Of a stretch of 64,000 bases of DNA, positions 21,304 to 31,036 are shown in pieces (position 1 is the first letter of the stretch; the number at the start of each line of letters is the position of its first letter). Made by a program: the position numbers and the translations under genes. The DNA comes from an uncultured Actinomycetota bacterium (GTDB lineage Bacteria; Actinomycetota; Actinomycetes; Mycobacteriales; QHCD01). The DNA lies in the NCBI GenBank assembly GCA_963775655.1, contig CAVZJT010000012.1:41314-105313 (forward strand). Direction: 5' to 3'. The notes beneath the pieces are model-generated. The model did not search any database, had not been told where the DNA came from, and saw nothing but the letters and a program-made list of their open reading frames with translations.

Positions 21304-21527
21304 ATTGCATGCGACGGCACATTGAAGGCCGGTTGTGCTTTTGTCCGAATCACTGGCCGCGCGCATTCCCCCTATGTGGCGCGCGACGAATGAGGTCTGT
21401 GTGACAAACGAGTTTCCTGTGGATCCTTGTGAAAATTGGGAATTGCGCCTAGCGTCATTTCCCGGTCGCTTTGTGCGACCAGTCGCGGTGGCTGACGCCG
21501 AGTCCCGCCCCAGCCCCCGCGACGCCC

Positions 21528-21692
21528 AGCGACCCGGACCGCGCAGGGCGGGAGTGGGGGACCCAGACATCCCGGCCCGACCGGCGCGTGGCGCCCGGGC
21601 CGGACGCCGGACGGACCCGGCTCGGGGTGAAGCGGACCTGTGGCCGGGCGATTCTCCGTCCGAACCCGACAGCTCACTCCATAGGCGTGGGG
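21528..21692 (+). promoter_or_regulatory. Cyclic-di-AMP (ydaO/yuaA-type) riboswitch
   Basis: GGGAGUGGGGGACCCA (21550-21565), CGGGGUGAAGCGG (21623-21635) and CCGAACCCGACAGCUCACUCCAUAGGCG (21660-21687) match my recollection of the ydaO blocks. It ends 12-17 nt before the Rpf-like ATG. The 5' boundary is approximate. Confidence 0.7.
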
Positions 21693-21703
21693 AAGGGCAT
21701 TCC

Positions 21704-22342
21704 ATGTCCACAGCGCTGTCGACGAGCGTGGAGTCATCCGGCGGCCAGTCGCCCTCGGCGTGGTCGGGCGGGCTTCTCGCAGTCGGGGGCACCGTCGCCA
21801 TCAGCGCGCCGGCCGGGGCCGATCCGTCGGCCAACACGTGGTACCAACTTCGACTGTGCGAATCGAGCAACAACTACTCGATCAACACCGGCAACGGCTA
21901 CTACGGTGCCTACCAGTTCGACCTGCCGACGTGGCGGAGCGTCCGCGGAACCGGATATCCGAATCAGAATCCGCCGGCGGAGCAGGACTATCGGGCGTTG
22001 GCGCTGTACCGGATGCGCGGATGGGAGCCGTGGACCTGCGCGCAGATCCTGGGTCTGCGTGAGGACAGCGATGCCGGATCGGGTGTCTGGCCGCCGCGTC
22101 CGGGTGGGCCGACGACCAAGGCGCCGCCGTGGCCGGGCGTGCAGTACTTCTTCGGCAACTTCGGCCCGCACATCCGCGAATGGCAGTTGCAGATGCGCAA
22201 GCGCGGTTACCCCTTCCAGGGCACCGGCTACTTCGGGACCAAGACGCTGAAGTACGTCAAGATCCTGCAGCAGCGCAACGGCCTGCACGTCGTCGGCTTC
22301 ATCGGTCCGAAGACCTGGGCCGCGGCCTGGACCGGCCGCTAA
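21704..22342 (+). CDS. Rpf-like transglycosylase with C-terminal peptidoglycan-binding domain
   Basis: CESSNNYSINTGNGYYGAYQFDLPTW..EQDYRALALY transglycosylase-like core. C-terminal REWQLQMRKRGY..GYFGTKTLKYVKILQQRNGL..GPKTW resembles PG_binding_1. Start chosen directly after the riboswitch. Confidence 0.75.
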   Translation: MSTALSTSVESSGGQSPSAWSGGLLAVGGTVAISAPAGADPSANTWYQLRLCESSNNYSINTGNGYYGAYQFDLPTWRSVRGTGYPNQNPPAEQDYRALALYRMRGWEPWTCAQILGLREDSDAGSGVWPPRPGGPTTKAPPWPGVQYFFGNFGPHIREWQLQMRKRGYPFQGTGYFGTKTLKYVKILQQRNGLHVVGFIGPKTWAAAWTGR

Positions 22343-22357
22343 GGCCCTGCCCCCGTC

Positions 22358-22573
22358 GACCAAAACGCACTAGGAGTGCGTTTTGGGGGTCCGGCTACGG
22401 CGTGTCGCGGACCACAACGCACTACTAGTGCGTTTTGGTCACGTCACCCGGCGCCGCGTCCGCCGCGGTTGCCGCTGTCTCGCCCCCGCGTGGACAAAAC
22501 CCACTACTAGTGGGTTTTGGACGGGTCGTACGGCGTGTCGTGGTCCACAACCCACTAGTAGTGGGTTTTGTCC
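22358..22573. repeat. Two family B hairpin doublets (GCAC type 22358-22440, CCAC type 22492-22573)
   Basis: GACCAAAACGCACTAGGAGTGCGTTTTGG-..CTACGGCGTGTCGCGG-ACCACAACGCACTACTAGTGCGTTTTGGTC, and GGACAAAACCCACTACTAGTGGGTTTTGG-..GTACGGCGTGTCGTGG-TCCACAACCCACTAGTAGTGGGTTTTGTCC. They lie in a convergent intergenic gap. Confidence 0.9.
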
Positions 22574-22606
22574 ACCGGAGTGGCGACGGTCGGCGTACGA
22601 GTCGAG

Positions 22607-22915
22607 CTAAGGCAGTTTCGACGCGAGGACGTCGATCTTCTCGATCTTCGGCCCTTCGCTGAACAGATCGGATGCCTGCGCCATCAATGCCTCGGCGACC
22701 CGGCCCGACAGATGTGCGTCGCGGCCGGCGTCGTCGGGGAAGACGTCGAAGATCCCGTACGTCGACGGCCCGAGCTTGATCGCGAACCACGCCGTAGTCG
22801 CGGGCTCCTGCTCGACCAGCGCCTGACCGGAATTGAGGAAGCTCTCGACCGCGCTCTCCTGGCCCGGCTTCGCCTGCAACGTCACGAGAAGTCCGACGGT
22901 AGGTACGTTCGCCAT
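22607..22915 (-). CDS. Antibiotic-biosynthesis-monooxygenase (ABM) family protein
   Basis: ~102 aa from MANVPTVGLLVTLQAKPGQESAVESFL..TTAWFAIKLGPSTYGIFDVF. Ferredoxin-like ABM pattern. Confidence 0.65.
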   Translation of the reverse strand: MANVPTVGLLVTLQAKPGQESAVESFLNSGQALVEQEPATTAWFAIKLGPSTYGIFDVFPDDAGRDAHLSGRVAEALMAQASDLFSEGPKIEKIDVLASKLP

Positions 22916-23003
22916 GCCGTGTCTCCCAACCTCGCGGACCGTCGGTGGTCCCGAAGGTCCCCTCGCTGTCAACCTAACCGTCCGCACCAGGAAGAATGCG
23001 GGA

Positions 23004-23420
23004 ATGAGCAGCCACCAGAACCTGATGCCCGAGCCGTCGGCGACCCTGCTGCCCCCGCAGGTCGACGCCGAGGCCGCCCGCGCCTCGACCGACGACCCGG
23101 CGCAGGTTGCAGCCCATTTCCCGACCTACAGCGCGGCCTGGGCCGACCTCGCCGACATCGCCTACGCCGACGGGCGGATCGTCGACTCCTACGCCTACGC
23201 GCGGGTCGGCTACCACCGCGGCCTGGATTCACTGCGTCGCGCAGGGTGGAAGGGCTTCGGGCCGGTGCCGTGGAGCCACGAGCCCAATCAGGGGTTCCTG
23301 CGGTGCCTGCACGATCTCGCCCGCGCCGCCGGGGAGATCGGGGAACTCGACGAAGCCGAGCGGTGTGCGGAGTTCCTGCGCGACTCCGATCCCGAGGCGG
23401 CCCGGGTTCTCGGCGGCTAG
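23004..23420 (+). CDS. DUF3151 domain protein
   Basis: AAWADLADIAYADGRIVDSYAYARVGYHRGLDSLRRAGWKGFGPVPWSHEPNQGFLRCL. As I recall, this family is commonly found near fbaA in actinobacteria. Confidence 0.7.
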   Translation: MSSHQNLMPEPSATLLPPQVDAEAARASTDDPAQVAAHFPTYSAAWADLADIAYADGRIVDSYAYARVGYHRGLDSLRRAGWKGFGPVPWSHEPNQGFLRCLHDLARAAGEIGELDEAERCAEFLRDSDPEAARVLGG

Positions 23421-23430
23421 CTCTTTCGGG

Positions 23431-25074
23431 TCAGGAGACCCGCATGCTCGACGCCGACCAGCCGCTGTTCACGCCGTCGCGTACGGCGACCGGGGCGGCG
23501 ACGGAGGCGTTGCTCGAGGACGACGTCGACCGGAAGACCCAGGTCCGGTTGTGGTTGCCGCCGTAGTCGTAGAACGCGACCACGTCGCCGCGACCGTCGC
23601 CGTCGACGTCACCGGCGAACGGCATCACCCGGCTGGCATCCCATCCGATGTTGGCCCAGACGCGCTGGCCGCCGCTCCACGACGGTCGGCCACCGACACC
23701 CGCCGTCGACCGCCACACCCACAGCCGCTCCTGGCCGGCGGTCCAGCCGACGAACGCGGCGATGTCGCTCCGGGAATCGCCATTGATGTTGACGCTCATC
23801 GGCTGCACCGAGCTCGAGGACCAACCCGGGTTGATGCCTTGCCTCGTCATGACCGGGCCGGCGACACCCAGGCCCGCACCGCCGCGGATGGAGCGCCAGA
23901 CCCAGGCCCGGAGGAAACCGTTGCCACGGTCGTAGAAGAGACCGACGTCCGCCTTGTTGTCGCTGTTCTCGTCGCCGGCGAAGGCCCGGATGCGCGAGAT
24001 GCTCCACCCGTTGGCCGCCCACAGCCGCACGCCGCCGGCCACAGTGGGCTTGCCGCCGGTGGACCCGGTCGAACGCCATCCCCACAGTTCGAGGCGGTCG
24101 GCCGAGCTTCCGACGTAGGCCGCGACGTCGGCCTTGTGGTCACCGTTGAGGTCGGCGACGAGGAGCCTCGTCGTCCCGGTCGACCAACCCGTGTTGTGAC
24201 CTTCGCGAAGCTTGACCGGTGCGGCCACCCGCATGACCCCGCCGGAACTCGTCGAACGCCAGGCGTAGAAGGTCATCCAGCCGTTGCCGTCGTCGTAGGA
24301 CGCGACGACGTCGGCCTTGTGGTCACCGTTGAGGTCGCCCGCACCCGCTCGCAGTCGCGAGACATCGAGGCCGGTACCGGACCACACCCTCACCTTCGCG
24401 GCGACGTGGGGCGAGCCGGTGTGACTGACGGACCGCCACATCCACAGCTCGAGCGTGTTGGGCCGCGGCGAGACGAACATGGCGAGGTCGGACCGCCCGT
24501 CACCGTCGAAGTCACCCGAGGCGCGGGCCGACGTCGACTGGGCGCGGGCCCGAGGCGCCGGCGGTTTCGGCTTCGGCGGCGCAGTTGCCGTGCCGCCGCC
24601 GGGCCGGGTCGCGGCGTAATAGTCGCTGTAGGAGTGGTGATAGCCGACCGGTACGCCGGTCTGCTGTGCGTCGAGGAGTTCGATCTGCCCGTCGGAGTAG
24701 TGCCCGACGTAGAGGCCCACGTGGTGGATCGAGGCGGCGCTGCCGCCGTAGAAGAGCAGGTCGCCCGGCTGCAACTGGCTGCGGCTGACCGCGTGGCTCC
24801 GGGTCACGGCGTACTGCTGCGCCGAACTGTGCGGCAGGCTGATCCCGGCGTGCTGGTAGGCCCGCATGGTCAACCCGGAGCAGTCGTACGACGGTCCGGC
24901 GCCGCCCCATTGATAGGAGTGGCCGATCTGTGTCTTCGCCCAGGAGAGAGCGTTGCCTCCGGCGCTGCCGGCTGATGCCGGAGCGGCGGCCACGACCGCG
25001 AGGCCGAAGATGACGGCGATCGCGGCGACGATGGCGACGAGGGTGCGGCGGGCATGTCCGTGGAGGAACAGCAC
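23431..25074 (-). CDS. Secreted NlpC/P60 (C40) peptidase fused to FG-GAP/VCBS repeats
   Basis: Signal-like N-terminus. YQWGGAGPSYDCSGL..HVGLYVG catalytic Cys/His context. Then repeated GDFDGDGRSDL / GDLNGDHKADV units. Confidence 0.85.
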   Translation of the reverse strand: MLFLHGHARRTLVAIVAAIAVIFGLAVVAAAPASAGSAGGNALSWAKTQIGHSYQWGGAGPSYDCSGLTMRAYQHAGISLPHSSAQQYAVTRSHAVSRSQLQPGDLLFYGGSAASIHHVGLYVGHYSDGQIELLDAQQTGVPVGYHHSYSDYYAATRPGGGTATAPPKPKPPAPRARAQSTSARASGDFDGDGRSDLAMFVSPRPNTLELWMWRSVSHTGSPHVAAKVRVWSGTGLDVSRLRAGAGDLNGDHKADVVASYDDGNGWMTFYAWRSTSSGGVMRVAAPVKLREGHNTGWSTGTTRLLVADLNGDHKADVAAYVGSSADRLELWGWRSTGSTGGKPTVAGGVRLWAANGWSISRIRAFAGDENSDNKADVGLFYDRGNGFLRAWVWRSIRGGAGLGVAGPVMTRQGINPGWSSSSVQPMSVNINGDSRSDIAAFVGWTAGQERLWVWRSTAGVGGRPSWSGGQRVWANIGWDASRVMPFAGDVDGDGRGDVVAFYDYGGNHNRTWVFRSTSSSSNASVAAPVAVRDGVNSGWSASSMRVS

Positions 25075-25240
25075 GAGAGGGGCCGCTCCTCACTCGCGGC
25101 TAACACCCCCATGCCCGGATGAATTCTGGCCGCGACGCGTGTCGTGCATGGAATTGATCTGCTGCTTGCTGTATACCCACCCTCCCCCGGTTTATCGCTG
25201 GGCGTGCGGACAATTACTCTAAGTAGTGCAGACGGCGTAA

Positions 25241-26593
<1,353 letters not shown>

Positions 26594-26632
26594 CCGCACT
26601 CCCGCTAGGTTGGGCCCAATGAGGGATGTCCG

Positions 26633-27880
26633 GTGAAGGTGCTCGTCGTCGGCTCGGGTGCGCGCGAACACGCGCTGTGCCTGGCCCTACGGTCGGATCC
26701 GGCGGTCGACGCGATCGTGTGCGCCCCGGGCAACGCCGGCACCGCCGTCCTCGCCGAGACCCGCCCCCTTGACGTCGCCGACCCGAAGGCGATCGCGGCC
26801 CTGGCTGAAGAGGTCGGCGCCGACCTGGTCGTGATCGGCCCCGAGGTGCCCCTGGTCGCCGGCGCCGCCGACGCGGTCCGGGCGGTCGGGATCGCCTGCT
26901 TCGGTCCGTCCGCGGCGGCGGCCCGGATCGAGGGGTCCAAGGCGTTCGCCAAGGAGGTCATGGCGGCGGCCGGGGTCCCGACGGCTGCGGCCCGCACCCC
27001 GCAGACCGCCGAGGACGCGGCCCGGGCACTCGACGAGTTCGGGCCGCCGTACGTCGTGAAGGACGACGGACTGGCTGCCGGCAAGGGTGTCGTCGTGACC
27101 GACGACCGGGACGCCGCCCTCGCGCACGCGGCCGACTGCGGGGCCGTGGTGATCGAGGAGTTCCTCGCCGGCCCGGAGGTCTCGCTGTTCTGCGTGAGCG
27201 ACGGTGTGACGGTGCGCCCGCTGCTGCCGGCGCAGGACTTCAAGCGGATCGGCGACGACGACGCCGGTCCCAACACCGGCGGGATGGGCGCCTACTGCCC
27301 GCTTTCCTGGCTGCCGCCGAGCTTCGTCGACGACGTCGTGGCCCGCATCGTCACGCCCACCGTCGAGGAGCTCGCCCGCCGCGGGAGCCCGTTCCAGGGC
27401 CTGCTCTACGTCGGTCTCGCCGTGACCGCGGACGGGCCGAAGGTGGTCGAGTTCAACGCCCGGTTCGGCGACCCGGAGACCCAGGTCGTCCTCGCCCTGC
27501 TCGCCACCCCGCTGGGCGGGCTGCTCGCGGCGGCGGCGACGGGACGGCTGGCCGAGCACCCGCCGCTGGCCTGGCGGGACGCCGCGGCGGTCACCGTCGT
27601 CCTCGCGGCCGCCGGCTATCCGGGCGAGGTACGCCGGGGCGATCCGATCGACGGCGCCGACCGGCCGGGCGTGCTGCACGCCGGGACCGCCCGCCGGGCC
27701 GACGGGGTCGTGGTGACGGCCGGCGGCCGGGTGCTCTCGGTCACGGCTACCGCGGCGACGCTGCCGGCCGCCCGCGCCGCGGCCTACGACGCGGTCCGGA
27801 GCGTGACCTTCGCCGGGGCGCAGTACCGCCAGGACATCGCCGCCACGGCGGCCCGCGGGGAGATCTCCGTCCGCCGCTAG
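26633..27880 (+). CDS. purD: Phosphoribosylamine--glycine ligase
   Basis: KVLVVGSGAREHAL, GPNTGGMGAY, EFNARFGDPE. Confidence 0.95.
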   Translation: MKVLVVGSGAREHALCLALRSDPAVDAIVCAPGNAGTAVLAETRPLDVADPKAIAALAEEVGADLVVIGPEVPLVAGAADAVRAVGIACFGPSAAAARIEGSKAFAKEVMAAAGVPTAAARTPQTAEDAARALDEFGPPYVVKDDGLAAGKGVVVTDDRDAALAHAADCGAVVIEEFLAGPEVSLFCVSDGVTVRPLLPAQDFKRIGDDDAGPNTGGMGAYCPLSWLPPSFVDDVVARIVTPTVEELARRGSPFQGLLYVGLAVTADGPKVVEFNARFGDPETQVVLALLATPLGGLLAAAATGRLAEHPPLAWRDAAAVTVVLAAAGYPGEVRRGDPIDGADRPGVLHAGTARRADGVVVTAGGRVLSVTATAATLPAARAAAYDAVRSVTFAGAQYRQDIAATAARGEISVRR

Positions 27881-27969
27881 CACCGCCGCCGGACTCACAG
27901 CCCCCCACCGACCATGATCGTCAAAGTGGTGGACAGGGGTCGTTCGGCCGGGGAGAGTTACTTCTCGTA

Positions 27970-28149
27970 GGCGAAAGCACACCGTCGGTGACTCTCCGAG
28001 CCTCGGTCGGGTCGGCGCCGCATCCTCCAGGGCGACGCCCACCCGACCGTCGCGGACGGGACGGGGGGACCGGCAGAGCATGTGGCGTGTGGCTGCCGGT
28101 GCCGCGAGATCGCGGACTCGGACAGGTCACCGACGGTGTGCTTGTCGCC
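27970..28149. repeat. Long-range inverted repeat (23/24-nt arms, 133-bp spacer)
   Basis: GGCGAAAGCACACCGTCGGTGAC (27970-27992) matches the reverse complement of GTCACCGACGGTGTGCTTGTCGCC (28126-28149) with one indel. It ends 20 nt before the next start codon. Confidence 0.8.
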
Positions 28150-28168
28150 GCACCGAGAAGGAGTCGAC

Positions 28169-28597
28169 ATGGTTGCTCAACCGGCACCACGGGTGCAGGC
28201 CTCGGCCGGAGACGCGTGGAAGGCCGGCGCCGTGATGTTCGCCGGCGTCATGATGATCATCGCCGGAGTCTTCGAGGCGCTCGCCGGAATCGCGGCGATC
28301 GTCCGCAGAGCGTTCTACGTCTCCGCTCCGCACAACCTTTTCCGGTTCGACGTCCTCACCTGGGGATGGGTGCACCTCGTGCTCGGCGTGCTGGTTGCCC
28401 TCGCCGGAATGTCGGTGCTCGCTGGAACGTCGTGGGGTCGGGTCGTCGGAATCGTGCTCGCCGGCGCCAGCGCGATCGCGAACTTCCTCTTCATCCCGTA
28501 CTACCCCATCTGGACACTGTTGATCATCGCGTTGGACGTCTTCGTGATCTTCGCCCTGGCGACCTACCGCAGCGGCCCGTCCGCGGTGGACGGCTGA
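28169..28597 (+). CDS. DUF7144-type small membrane protein
   Basis: FDVLTWGWVHLVLGVLVALAG..WGRVVGIVLAGASAIANFLFIPYYPIWTLLIIALDVFVIFAL. GAAGGAG ribosome-binding site upstream of the ATG at 28169. Confidence 0.7.
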   Translation: MVAQPAPRVQASAGDAWKAGAVMFAGVMMIIAGVFEALAGIAAIVRRAFYVSAPHNLFRFDVLTWGWVHLVLGVLVALAGMSVLAGTSWGRVVGIVLAGASAIANFLFIPYYPIWTLLIIALDVFVIFALATYRSGPSAVDG

Positions 28598-28638
28598 CCG
28601 TCCCGCGCTGAGGGAGCCGGTCCCTAGACTCGTCGTCC

Positions 28639-29625
28639 ATGCAGACGCGAACTCTGGGTACGACGGGGCGCACGGTCGGCGTGGTCGGTCTGGGCGCGTG
28701 GCAGATCGGTGCCGACTGGGGCAAGGTCGACGACGCGGAAGCCCTGCGCACACTGCATTCCGCCGTCGACGCCGGCGTGACGTTCATCGACACCGCTGAC
28801 GTTTACGGCGACGGCCGCAGCGAGCGGCTGGTCGGTCGGTTCGCGCGGGAGCGGCCTGACTCCGGGGTCACGGTGGCGACCAAGATGGGTCGCCGGGCCG
28901 ACCCGTTCGTACCCGAGGCGTTCACCGCGGAGAACTTCCGGGCCTGGAATGACCGCAGCCGGGCGAATCTCGGCGTCGACACGCTCGACCTGGTCCAGCT
29001 GCACTGTCCGCCCACGCCGGTGTATGCGCAGGACGAGACCTACGACGCCCTCGATGCGCTGGTTGCTGCGGGCCGCATCGCGGCGTACGGCGTGAGCGTC
29101 GAGACGTGCGCGGAGGCGCTCACCGCCATCGCCCGGCCCGGCGTGGCCACCGTGCAGATCATCCTCAACGCGTTCCGGCAGAAGCCGCTCGACCAGGTCC
29201 TGCCTGCCGCTCGCGCGGCCGGCGTCGGCATCATCGCGCGGGTGCCTCTTGCGAGCGGTCTGCTCACCGGCCGGTACGACGAGAGCACCACATTCGGCGC
29301 CGACGACCACCGCAACTACAACCGGCGCGGGGAGGCCTTCGACGTCGGCGAGACCTTCTCGGGCGTTCCGTACGACGTGGGCGTGAAGGCGGCGCGGGAC
29401 ATTGCCGGCCTGGTGCCTCCTCCGACGACCACGGCACAGGCCGCCCTGCGCTGGGTGATCGATCAGGACGGGGTGACGGTGGTGATCCCGGGCGCACGCT
29501 CGCCCGAGCAGGCGCGGAGCAACGCGGAAGCGGCCGACGTACCGGCGCTGAGTGCGCCGGTCCAGGACGGAATTAGGGGGATATACAACGAGCAAATCAG
29601 GCCCCTGGTTCACCCCAGATGGTGA
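28639..29625 (+). CDS. Aldo/keto reductase
   Basis: LGTTGRTVGVVGLGAW, FIDTADVYGDGRSE, VIPGARSPEQ. Confidence 0.9.
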   Translation: MQTRTLGTTGRTVGVVGLGAWQIGADWGKVDDAEALRTLHSAVDAGVTFIDTADVYGDGRSERLVGRFARERPDSGVTVATKMGRRADPFVPEAFTAENFRAWNDRSRANLGVDTLDLVQLHCPPTPVYAQDETYDALDALVAAGRIAAYGVSVETCAEALTAIARPGVATVQIILNAFRQKPLDQVLPAARAAGVGIIARVPLASGLLTGRYDESTTFGADDHRNYNRRGEAFDVGETFSGVPYDVGVKAARDIAGLVPPPTTTAQAALRWVIDQDGVTVVIPGARSPEQARSNAEAADVPALSAPVQDGIRGIYNEQIRPLVHPRW

Positions 29626-29761
29626 TTCCTGGGGTGGGCGGGGCAGTTGATCCAACCGGGGTGTGTGCGCCGGTTTGTCAGGTAGATTAGTTGTCTGTCG
29701 GAAGTACCCGCCGCAGTCGCGCCGACGAGCGCGGCAACGGCGAGACGGGGGAGGACCACCG

Positions 29762-30991
29762 ATGTCGAAGCCTGGACGCGGTACGACGCTCCGATTGACC
29801 ACGATCTTCGCCGCCGCAGCCGCTGCCGCGGTCGTGGCGGCGGGCTGCACCGGACCGACGACGAGTTCGGCGTCCGGCTCCAACGGCGGGGGCAATGGCG
29901 GCGCCGCTGCACCCAAGCCCTCGCCCACGGCTCCGGCCGCGGTGGTGACCACCAGGCCCGGTAACGGGACGACCGGCGTCAGCCCGCAGGCGAAGGTCGG
30001 CCTCACCGTCGCGCACGGCACGCTGCGCAGCGTGCAGCTGACCAACCCCTCCGGCGCGCTGGTCAAGGGAAGCCCGTCCGCGGACCGGCGTACCTGGACC
30101 AGCACGGAGGTGCTCGGTTACGGCAAGACCTACACCTGGTCGGGCAGCGTCGTCGGTGCCGGCGGAAAGGTCAGCCCGGTCTCCGGCCGGTTCACCACGG
30201 TCACGCCGAAGACGATCCTGCACGCCGAGGTCAACATCGGCGACCACGAGTCGGTGGGCATCGCCGCGCCGATCATCGTGACCTTCGACGGACACGTGTC
30301 GAACCGGGCTGCCGCCGAACGCGAACTTTCGGTGCACACCTCGGTGCCGACCGAGGGCAGCTGGGCATGGGAGCCCGACCAGGACGGGCAGTCGACCGTG
30401 CACTGGCGTCCGCATCATTACTGGAAGCCCGACACCAAGGTGAGTTTCGCCGCCAACCTCTACGGCGTCGACTACGGCAACGGTGTCTACGGCAAGGCCG
30501 ACTTCACGTCGAAGTTCCAGATCGGCAGGTCGCAGATCACCAAGGCCGACGTCAACAGCCACCGGCTGATCGTGCTGCGCAACGGCAAGGAGATCTTCAA
30601 CTTCCCGGCGAGCTACGGGCTGGGTTCCGACCCGAACCGCAACACGCGCAACGGCATCCACATCACGATGGAGAAGTACCGCGTCAAGTACATGTCCAAC
30701 CCGGCCTACGGCTACGTCGACGTGCCGGAGAACTGGGCGGTGCGGATCTCCAACAACGGCGAGTTCATCCACGAGAACCCAGAGACGGTCGGGATCCAGG
30801 GTTCGGAGAACATCACCCACGGCTGCGTGAACCTCTCCGAGGCGAGCGCGCACGCCTACTACGACTCGTCGCTCTACGGCGACCCGGTGGAGGTCACCAA
30901 CAGCCCGATCGAGCTGTCGGCGGCCGACGGCGATGTCTACGACTGGACCGTGCCGTGGTCGAAGTGGCAGTCGATGAGTGCCCTGCACTGA
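29762..30991 (+). CDS. L,D-transpeptidase lipoprotein (YkuD domain)
   Basis: Lipobox AAGC. C-terminal ..IHENPETVGIQGSENITHGCVNLS catalytic motif preceded by Ig-like domains. Confidence 0.88.
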   Translation: MSKPGRGTTLRLTTIFAAAAAAAVVAAGCTGPTTSSASGSNGGGNGGAAAPKPSPTAPAAVVTTRPGNGTTGVSPQAKVGLTVAHGTLRSVQLTNPSGALVKGSPSADRRTWTSTEVLGYGKTYTWSGSVVGAGGKVSPVSGRFTTVTPKTILHAEVNIGDHESVGIAAPIIVTFDGHVSNRAAAERELSVHTSVPTEGSWAWEPDQDGQSTVHWRPHHYWKPDTKVSFAANLYGVDYGNGVYGKADFTSKFQIGRSQITKADVNSHRLIVLRNGKEIFNFPASYGLGSDPNRNTRNGIHITMEKYRVKYMSNPAYGYVDVPENWAVRISNNGEFIHENPETVGIQGSENITHGCVNLSEASAHAYYDSSLYGDPVEVTNSPIELSAADGDVYDWTVPWSKWQSMSALH

Positions 30992-31036
30992 CCGACTGAG
31001 AGAATGCAGGCAGATCCCCGGCTCCCGAGCGAGGTC

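Noticed and set aside
22358-22573. CRISPR array interpretation of the repeated hairpins (also 34956-35160)
   Set aside because: The repeats are paired palindromes separated by a conserved rather than variable spacer. There are only two to four units per locus, no regular period across the locus and no cas genes.
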